NCBI GenBank assembly: GCA_951406725.2
Contig: OX597834.1
Location: forward strand, 19,406,001-19,470,000
DNA length: 64,000 nt
Source of the DNA: Octopus vulgaris
Taxonomy: Eukaryota
Direction of reading: 5' to 3'
Of the stretch, positions 54,118 to 64,000 are shown one piece after another. Position 1 is the first letter of the stretch. The number at the start of each line of letters is the position of its first letter. Under the pieces are notes generated by a model. That model searched no databases. It was given only the letters and a program-made list of their open reading frames with translations, and was not told the DNA's origin. A program made the translations under genes and the position numbers.

Positions 54118-57100
54118 GTGGCCTTGTGCTTTTGTTAGCCCTGAATATTCAGTATTCTTGAAGCGCAAAGTTGATTCCATGAGTGTTGCCTTTGCTTTGA
54201 TTCTTCTGCCTTCAATAAAATATATATCAGCCAAGTTATGGGTTCAATATTATCAGCTAAGCCTTGTGTCAAAATAGGTGGCCTTGTGCTTTTGTTAGCC
54301 CTAAATATTCAGTATTCTTGAAGCGCAAAGTTGATTCCATGAGTGTTGCCTTTGCTTTGATTCTTCTGCCTTCAATAAAATATATATCAGCCAAGTTATG
54401 AGTTCAATATTATCAGCTAAGCCTTGTGTCAAAATAGGTGGCCTTGTGCTTTTGTTAGCCCTAAATATTCAGTATTCTTGAAGCGCAAAGTTGATTCCAT
54501 GAGTGTTGCCTTTGCTTTGATTCTTCTGCCTTCAATAAAATATATATCAGCCAAGTTATGGGTTCAATATTATCAGCTAAGCCTTGTGTCAAAATAGGTG
54601 GCCTTGTGCTTTTGTTAGCCCTGAATATTCAGTATTCTTGAAGCGCAAAGTTGAATCCATGAGTGTTGCCTTTGGTTTGATTCTTCTGCCTTCAATAAAA
54701 TATATATCAGTCAAGTTATGGGTTCAATATTATCAGCTAAGCCTTGTGTCAAAATAGGTGGCCTTGTGCTTTTGTTAGCCCTGAATATTCAGTATTCTTG
54801 AAGCGCAAAGTTGATTCCATGAGTGTTGCCTTTGCTTTGATTCTTCTGCCTTCAATAAAATATATATCAGCCAAGTTATGGGTTCAATATTATCAGCTAA
54901 GCCTTGTTTTAAAATAGGTGGCCTTGTGCTTTTGTTAGCCCTGAATATTCAGTATTCTTGAAGCGCAAAGTTGATTCCATGAGTGTTGCCTTTGCTTTGA
55001 TTCTTCTGCCTTCAATAAAATATATATCAGCCAAGTTATGGGTTCAATATTATCAGCTAAGCCTTGTGTCAAAATAGGTGGCCTTGTGCTTTTGTTAGCC
55101 CTGAATATTCAGTATTCTTGAAGCGCAAAGTTGATTCCATGAGTGTTGCCTTTGGTTTGATTCTTCTGCCTTCAATAAAATATATATCAGCCAAGTTATG
55201 GGTTCAATATTATCAGCTAAGCCTTGTTTTAAAATAGGTGGCCTTGTGCTTTTGTTAGCCCTGAATATTCAGTATTCTTGAAGCGCAAAGTTGATTCCAT
55301 GAGTGTTGCCTTTGCTTTGATTCTTCTGCCTTCAATAAAATATATATCAGCCAAGTTATGGGTTCAATATTATCAGCTAAGCCTTGTTTTAAAATAGGTG
55401 GCCTTGTGCTTTTGTTAGCCCTGAATATTCAGTATTCTTGAAGCGCAAAGTTGATTCCATGAGTGTTGCCTTTGCTTTGATTCTTCTGCCTTCAATAAAA
55501 TATATATCAGTCAAGTTATGGGTTCAATATTATCAGCTAAGCCTTGTGTCAAAATAGGTGGCCTTGTGCTTTTGTTAGCCCTGAATATTCAGTATTCTTG
55601 AAGCGCAAAGTTGATTCCATGAGTGTTGCCTTTGCTTTGATTCTTCTGCCTTCAATAAAATATATATCAGTCAAATTATGGGTTCAATATTATCAGCTAA
55701 GCCTTGTGTCAAAATAGGTGGCCTTGTGCTTTTGTTAGCCCTGAATATTCAGTATTCTTGAAGCGCAAAGTTGAATCCATGAGTGTTGCCTTTGGTTTGA
55801 TTCTTCTGCCTTCAATAAAATATATATCAGCCAAGTTATGGGTTCAATATTATCAGCTAAGCCTTGTTTTAAAATAGGTGGCCTTGTGCTTTTGTTAGCC
55901 CTGAATATTCAGTATTCTTGAAGCGCAAAGTTGATTCCATGAGTGTTGCCTTTGCTTTGATTCTTCTGCCTTCAATAAAATATATATCAGTCAAGTTATG
56001 GGTTCAATATTATCAGCTAAGCCTTGTGTCAAAATAGGTGGCCTTGTGCTTTTGTTAGCCCTGAATATTCAGTATTCTTGAAGCGCAAAGTTGAATCCAT
56101 GAGTGTTGCCTTTGGTTTGATTCTTCTGCCTTCAATAAAATATATATCAGTCAAATTATGGGTTCAATATTATCAGCTAAGCCTTGTGTCAAAATAGGTG
56201 GCCTTGTGCTTTTGTTAGCCCTAAATATTCAGTATTCTTGAATCTAAAAGTTGATTCCATGAGTGTTGCCTTTGGTTTGATTCTTCTGCCTTCAATAAAA
56301 TATATATCAGTCAAATTATGGGTTCAATATTATCAGCTAAGCCTTGTGTCAAAATAGGTGGCCTTGTGCTTTTGTTAGCCCTGAATATTCAGTATTCTTG
56401 AAGCGCAAAGTTGAATCCATGAGTGTTGCCTTTGCTTTGATTCTTCTGCCTTCAATAAAATATATATCAGTCAAGTTATGGGTTCAATATTATCAGCTAA
56501 GCCTTGTGTCAAAATAGGTGGCCTTGTGCTTTTGTTAGCCCTGAATATTCAGTATTCTTGAAGCGCAAAGTTGAATCCATGAGTGTTGCCTTTGGTTTGA
56601 TTCTTCTGCCTTCAATAAAATATATATCAGTCAAATTATGGGTTCAATATTATCAGCTAAGCCTTGTGTCAAAATAGGTGGCCTTGTGCTTTTGTTAGCC
56701 CTAAATATTCAGTATTCTTGAAGCGCAAAGTTGAATCCATGAGTGTTGCCTTTGCTTTGATTCTTCTGCCTTCAATAAAATATATATCAGTCAAGTTATG
56801 GGTTCAATATTATCAGCTAAGCCTTGTGTCGAAATAGGTGGCCTTGTGCTTTTGTTAGCCCTGAATATTCAGTATTCTTGAAGCGCAAAGTTGATTCCAT
56901 GAGTGTTGCCTTTGCTTTGATTCTTCTGCCTTCAATAAAATATATATCAGCCAAGTTATGGGTTCAATATTATCAGTTAAGCCTTGTTTTAAAATAGGTG
57001 GCCTTGTGCTTTTGTTAGCCCTGAATTTTCAGTATTCTTGAAGCTCAAAGTTGATTCCATGAGTGTTGTCTTTGCTTTGATTCTTCTGCCTTCAATAAAA

Positions 57101-57330
57101 TATATATCAGCCAAGTTATGGGTTCAATATTATCAGCTAAGCCTTGTGTCGAAATAGGTGGCCTTGTGCTTTTGTTAGCCCTAAATATTCAGTATTCTTG
57201 AAGCTCAAAGTTGAATCCATGAGTGTTGCCTTTGCTTTGATTCTTCTGCCTTCAATAAAATATATATCAGCCAAGTTATGGGTTCAATATTATCAACTAA
57301 GCCTTGTGTCGAAATAGGTGGCCTTGTGCT
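54118..57330 (+). repeat. Satellite: 20 tandem copies of a 160-bp unit derived from a decayed family B SINE
   Basis: GTGGCCTTGTGCT recurs exactly every 160 bp from 54118 to 57318; units differ at only a few sites. Confidence 0.95.
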
Positions 57331-58134
57331 GCTCTTAATTCAGTATGTTATCTTCGACATTGTATTTATATATTTTCATTGATCAACTCCCAAAAGTTTA
57401 AAACTGTGTAGAACTAGACATCAGTTCTTGTCATTTGAAACTTTGGCATCACCAAAAGTTTGATCATTTACACAAAGTCGATGTTACAGGTTTCTTAATT
57501 TATTGATCCTGAATTGATGAAAGACTAAATTAATCTTAGCAAACCTTCGACGCAAGACCAGAATCTTCTGATCTGAATAATTTAAATTTAAGTATCTTTG
57601 TTCTGGAGTTCCTTTTGTTTGAGCCACATCATCCAGTTAGCTTTACAGCTTTAATCAAACATTCATGTTAAATATTTAAAACTAGCGAGATTTGTTTGCG
57701 GAAAGATTAGCTTATTACATCAGGAAATGTAATATCTCCAGTAATTCCTCATTCCTCTATCAACCTTTATCTACCGCCATCTCCACCACTCCGTCATTGC
57801 CTCATTTACTTAATATTATCCTCCTTCTCAATTACATTTCCCTTATGCAATAATATATATGTAAGAGAAGATGATGGTGTAACTGGTCAGGTTAGCTGCA
57901 GTGAGATAAATTGAAATAGGATCTTAAATTGGAATAAGTACCTAGGGCTTATGTGACCCTTAACTGAGGTTTCCTGGAAGTAATCAGGATTTTGTTTTAG
58001 AAATGCATTTTTGTTGCTCACATATCATCATCATCATCATAATTTAACGTCTGTTGTCCATGCTGTCATGGGTGGGACAGTTTGACCAGGACTGGCAAGC
58101 TGGAAGGCTGTACCAGACTCTAGTTTGATTTTTA

Positions 58135-58712
<578 letters not shown>

Positions 58713-59365
58713 TGGCATGGTTATCTCTATGTAAGAGTTTTGTGCTACAACCCCAAACTGATCAAAGCCTTGTGAGTGGACTTCCAAGAAATTTTATAGA
58801 AACTGCAAGGAAGCCCATTGTGTATGTGTGTGTGTGTGTGTTGTGTTTGCTGTTGTGTGTGTGTGAGCTGAGCTGTTGACACTTTTAGTGAACCTGTATT
58901 CACAGACTCAATTACAAACAACTTTACTCAGGCAGCAAAGTGACTCGCCTACCAGAATCACTTTCTAGTTAATAAAGATTGAAAGTTTTGACATTCTATT
59001 AAAATGTCACACAGTTCTGGTCAAGCAGAATACTATACCAGAAGTAAACATCTGCATAATGACTGGTCATAACTCACCTGGAGATCAGTGGAGGGGAAAG
59101 CTTGTTTTTAGTATCAAAACGGTTGCATGAGCGTAAGAGTCTGCAGTGGTACAAATTAGCTGAGAAAATAACAAATCTTAAATTTTACAAATTCATTGTC
59201 AAGAACTTACCTTTTTTTTTTGCCTGGTGCTTATTCTATTTTTCTAAACTGTTAGGTTACATGGATGTAAACACATGTATGTATAATGCATACATGTATA
59301 TGTATAAATGTATGTATACATTCTTATGTGTGTATGTAAATGCTTGTATGCATATATGAATGTGT

Positions 59366-59663
59366 TTGTTCCTTCTCGAGTCATGCCTGGCTCATAAGGG
59401 CTGGTTTCTCGGTTTCCTTGGCATATAGGTTCCCCACCTGGATGGGACGCCGGTCCGCCGCAGGTGAGCAGCAAGATACAGGAGAAAAGAGTGAGAGAAA
59501 GTTGTGGTGAAGGAGTCAGCAGAAGTTCACCATTACCTTCTGCCGGAGCCGCGTGGAGTTTAGGTGTTTCACTCATAAACACACACATTGCCCGGTCTAA
59601 GATTCGAACCCGCGATCCCTCGACTGTGAGTCCACTGCTCTAACCACAAGGCCATGTGCCTCC
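59366..59663 (-). mobile_element. SINE family D, alternative-tail subfamily
   Basis: Reverse complement of 61047-61320; head shared with 47731. Confidence 0.85.
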
Positions 59664-60029
59664 ATATGTATGTGTCAGTGTGAGTGGTTGTGTCTCCTTA
59701 TGTTCAGATTGCTCGATTGCTGTCAAGACGATATTCTGTGAAAGCATCTGGCCATTGTCTTGCTTGGAAACAGATAAAGGCTGGTCACAAGAACAGCAAC
59801 TGGCTATAAAAAATCTGTCCCAATAAACTCCATCCAATCGATGCAAGCATTGGAAAGTGGACATTAAAACAATGATGATGATGATGGTACATATACGACA
59901 AGCTTCTTTCAGTTTCTGTTTATTAGAATCATTCACAAGGGTTTGTCACCATATTGTATAAATTTTTTATTGTAAAGACTTAATGAGAAAAGTGATTAAG
60001 ATTAATGTTTGTGAAAGGTAATGATGGTG

Positions 60030-60245
60030 CTGAGTTATTGTGAAGAATTTGTCTAATTAATGTAGTGCTATTGTAAAGAATTAAATGAAATACCTGTTTG
60101 AACTGGAGCAATATGACAAGACTGCATTGTGAAGAATTAATGTAGTATCATTGTGAAGAATTAAATGAAATGCCTAATTAATGTAGGGCTATTCTGAACA
60201 GTTAAGATAAGTGTCTAATTAATGTAATGTTGTGAAGAATTAAGG
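60030..60245. repeat. Degenerate short tandem repeats (TTGTGAAGAATTAA / CTAATTAATGTAG)
   Basis: Motifs recur about five times. Confidence 0.6.
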
Positions 60246-60367
60246 TAAACAACCAACTGAAGCCGTATGACAAGGTAGTAAAAGAATATGGCAGCAAAGA
60301 ATGAAATGGAAATATTGGTTTCAAATTTTGGCATAAGGTCAGCAATTGTCGGGGAGGGTGTAAGTTG

Positions 60368-60694
60368 GGTACAAAATCTCTCGTGGAGGTGCCATCTAAC
60401 CAAAATGCAAATATATGGGAAACTACCACCTGTGTCATCGCTTGTGAAAGGTAGAAGAGTCCAGTTTGCTGGACATTGTTGTAGAGCTGAAAAAGAGGTA
60501 ATTTCTACTCTTCTCCTCTGGAAGCCATCTACTCACAATACCAGAGGGTGCACACTCTCCTACCCTGATGTAATCTCCAGGGATACAGGCATCCAGCAAC
60601 AGGACCTCTGCAATGCCATGATGGACCGTGAAGTCTGGTGTAGCATGGTAAATTCCATTGTCTCGACCACAGTCGAACAATGATGATGATGATG
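60368..60694 (+). mobile_element. RTE-like LINE 3' end (ORF2 C-terminus, stop codon, (TGA)n tail)
   Basis: VQNLSWRCHLTKMQIYGKLPPVSSLVKGRRVQFAGHCCRA...SYPDVISRDTG..DLCNAMMDREVW, directly followed by TGATGATG. Confidence 0.85.
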
Positions 60695-60696
60695 GG

Positions 60697-60857
60697 TACA
60701 TCAACCTTAGTATTTAACTGGTATTTATTTAATTGACCCCAAGAAGACGAAAACCAAAGTTGACCTCTGTGGAATTTGAACTTAGAATGTAGAGACAGAT
60801 AAGATGTTGCTAAGCATCTTTCCCAGTGTGCTAATAATTCTGCCAGCTCACCACCTC
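60697..60857 (-). mobile_element. SINE family B, diverged
   Basis: Homology to 1170-1392. Confidence 0.7.
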
Positions 60858-61046
60858 AATAGAATACCAGGAAATTCTATTGCAGTTTGATATATTGATA
60901 ATTTCAATATATTAACCAGTTTACTCAGTAGAACTGAACTCATGACTACATAATTACAGTATGAATTTCTTAACCTCCTATCCCCCCATCCATCATATAC
61001 ACACATTTGTCCATTCATAGATCCACAATCACTCAGTCACACATGT

Positions 61047-61320
61047 GGAGGCACAATGGCCTAGTGGTTAGAGCAGCAGACTCGCGGTCGAGGGATCGCG
61101 GGTTTGAATCTCAGAGCGGGCGATGTGTGTGTTTATGAGCAGAAGGTAATGGTGAAACTTCTGCTGACTCCTTTGCCACAACTTTCTCTCACTCTTTCCT
61201 CCTGCATCTTGCAGCTCACCTGCGACGGACCGGCGTCCCATCCAGGTGGGGAAACTATACGCCAAGAAACTGGGAAACTGGCCCTTATGAGCCAGGCATG
61301 GCTCGAGAAGGAACAAACAA
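61047..61320 (+). mobile_element. SINE family D, alternative-tail subfamily
   Basis: 13-bp TSD CAGTCACACATGT (61034-61046, 61321-61333); tRNA-Arg-like head. Confidence 0.9.
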
Positions 61321-61814
61321 CAGTCACACATGTTCCTGAATGAGTTTATAGTGTGGCAAAACATTTCCTGAGATCATCTGGTGCTATTTTATACCAGTAA
61401 TTATTTAGGCTATAACCCAAAAATTTGATGATTCAGTGCATATATAAATATATACATACATACAACTTCACAGAATTTGGATGGAGTTTGCAACACAACA
61501 TTACATGGCCTGATACACTAAGATAAGTCCACTCATGTACCTTCTAGAATAAAATTGGCTGTCTCTATCTGTGTCTGTATTGTAGCAATGTCTCTAATTG
61601 TATTATTATTTTGCGAAATATTTTGATGCCGATTCATATTTCAAAGGTTATTGAGTCTTCCATACGGTTTTTCTTTATTCTAAGTGTTTTCTTCACTTAT
61701 AAGTCTTGAATATGTCTGAATTTGGAAGTTCATGTCAGTCAAACTAGCATGGGGTAAGAAAAAAACCCTCAGTTAACAAAAAAAAAAATTAGTATGTGTG
61801 TGTGTGTGTGTATA

Positions 61815-61914
<100 letters not shown>

Positions 61915-64000
61915 GTATATATACACACACATGCACACATAGACATACATGCAAAGTTTAAAAAATAAAGTTAAAAATTAAAAACAAGGATGAAAACAGA
62001 TAAAAAAAAACCCCAAAGAAACAAAAGGGCAGTGTGTGCATGTGTATGTATGTATGTATGCATGTATGTATGTATGTATGTATGTATGCATGTATGTATG
62101 TATATACGTATGTATATCTATGTATGTATATATGTACGTATACAAAAGTGGAATAATAAAATTATAAAAGAAAACCAAAGCAATTCAAGTGCATTCCCAT
62201 GAATTCTCAGTATAGAAAATATATGAAAAAAATTGATATGGAAAACTTGCATAATAGCTTTTGGGGAATTACCAAGTTTGGAATCTCATTTGAATTGAGG
62301 ATAACATTAACTATTTCTGACCAGGAATAAAACTTCACCATTTTTATTAGTATTATTCAGTATGTTATACTGACATTTATAAAGGTATTTTTAATTTAAA
62401 GACTAACCAATGTTGTACTTGCTAACCAGTGGAGCATTCATATTTTTTCTTCCTGCTATTTGGGCATTTTTTCTTAGATAAATTTTTCCTTTTTTTTTAT
62501 CATATCATAACTCCTTATCAATCATGAAGATATCATACAGACTTTCATAATATGATATTCACTGAAAGATATACAACTGCAAATATCTCTATCCAACCGT
62601 TGATGGTGGGATATCATTTCAGAGTAACAAATTAACCATTGAATAATTATTTTTTTTACTTTATTCTCCTCATTTATTACTTGGCACCAATTATCTGTGA
62701 TTTCCATACAGAAAAATCATTTATGTATATTAATGTATTTAATATATATGCTAATGATATTCTTCTTTAACATAATGTTACCCTGAGGTAGAATGTGCTT
62801 AAAACTATTTGAATTTATTTCAGTGAATATGAATGGTGTTTTAGCGACAGAAATTGACTCAATAAAAACCTTTTTCAGAAAACCAATATAACAGCAGTGT
62901 GTTTGACAGAGAACAAGATCTATTGTTTTTATGTTAAATGTCTATTCTTGTTACATTAAATTTTGTCCGGTAGGAATAGATTATTTAAATCATGTTTAGG
63001 GTATTAAGTACTGGTGAAAATTAAAGCAAGGTGCATGTACTTTATGAATTCACATTATAACATAGTTGAGCAAAAAATCTTTATCATTTTGCTGTTTAGA
63101 ACACTGTGGAGGAATTGGTAGAGTGTTGGATAGAATTCCTCTCACTATCTGTTCAGAATCTCAGCACCATGAGTCCTAGCAACAAAGATGGGTCTCATCA
63201 TCCTGAGTCCTTGTAACATAGATGGAATGGAGTCTCTAAAAGAAATATTGCTAGTTAGAGCATTAGCTTTTTGGCCCCATAGAAGGGAGACTCTAATAAT
63301 TCAAGGGAGTTGTGAGGTTTCTTTTTAGTGAGAGGGTCCTTGAAATATTCATAGAATTTTCTTTAAATATCTGAACCCAGATGGATTTACCAGCTGAATT
63401 CCTCCTCTTAAAGGCCCTGAGACAAAATAAATGAAATAAAATGGAGGGGAAATCCTAGATTATTGATGATTGAAACATTATTAAACTCATGAACATGATG
63501 CAGTTGAATCTGCTTATTGTAATCACTTTGGGATTTGACCTTTTCGATAACAATAAGCAATTGATAATTCAATAAAAACTTAGAGATATTCTTTGGAATA
63601 AAGTGCCTTTTGTAAATAGGTCCTGCAACTTTGATTCCTTATATGGAAGTATAAGGATTTACCATTAGTAGCAGGTAAAAAGTGTAACAATATAACAAAC
63701 TTGTAACCATGCAGTTGTATTGTTTAAAAGTGCAGATATAAGAATAGATAAATGTTGAAGACAAACAGCTGTGTCACCAGCATTGCCTTGCCTAATGACT
63801 ATGGTCATTAAGTCTGAAATGGCTCAGTCCACTTAACTGAATATAGGTACCACAGAGTTATTTTAAAAGTAAAAGCCTGTTTCATTAGGCTTGTGCTAAT
63901 CCCAGTTTCTCAGCTGTGAGTGCACAATTCAGATGGTTTCCTGCTTTATTAACTTATAAATGAAACACCATGGTGAAAATGAAGTAATTGGATGGATGCA

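Noticed and set aside
54118-57330. CRISPR-like array
   Set aside because: The entire 160-bp unit is repeated, with no unique spacers and no cas genes; eukaryotic context
60288-60683. 131-aa ORF as a host gene
   Set aside because: C-terminal fragment of an RTE-like ORF2 with a (TGA)n tail
62200-64000. AT-rich unique region as gene or transposase relic
   Set aside because: No convincing motif, repeat structure or splice pattern found by eye

Overview
AT-rich, repeat-dense eukaryotic non-coding DNA with no host protein-coding gene that I can support. The SINE repertoire and the density of (TA)n, (CA)n, (TATG)n, (AAT)n and (CAT)n microsatellites suggest an octopod cephalopod genome (inference from recall, not a search). 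Almost all ORFs in the track are translations of microsatellites or SINEs. The window holds several tRNA-headed SINE families (my labels A, B, D, E), an RTE-like non-autonomous family (C), RTE and R4-like LINE relics, piggyBac- and Tigger-like MITEs and relics, a 20 x 160 bp SINE-derived satellite (54118-57330) and a 7-mer SINE concatemer (26343-27646). The most interesting signal is a set of minimal type I hammerhead ribozyme (HHR) motifs of the Penelope-like element (PLE) kind, all folded by eye. (i) A tRNA-headed SINE-like element carries an HHR in its tail (4779-5057; second copy 23241-23544 with an inverted tail duplication). (ii) A 260 bp palindrome (16436-16695) carries two HHRs whose core shows a compensatory G3:C8 swap (GUGAACA). 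(iii) A GUC-type HHR with an extended stem I lies at 15823-15881. Ribozyme activity and novelty are untested.
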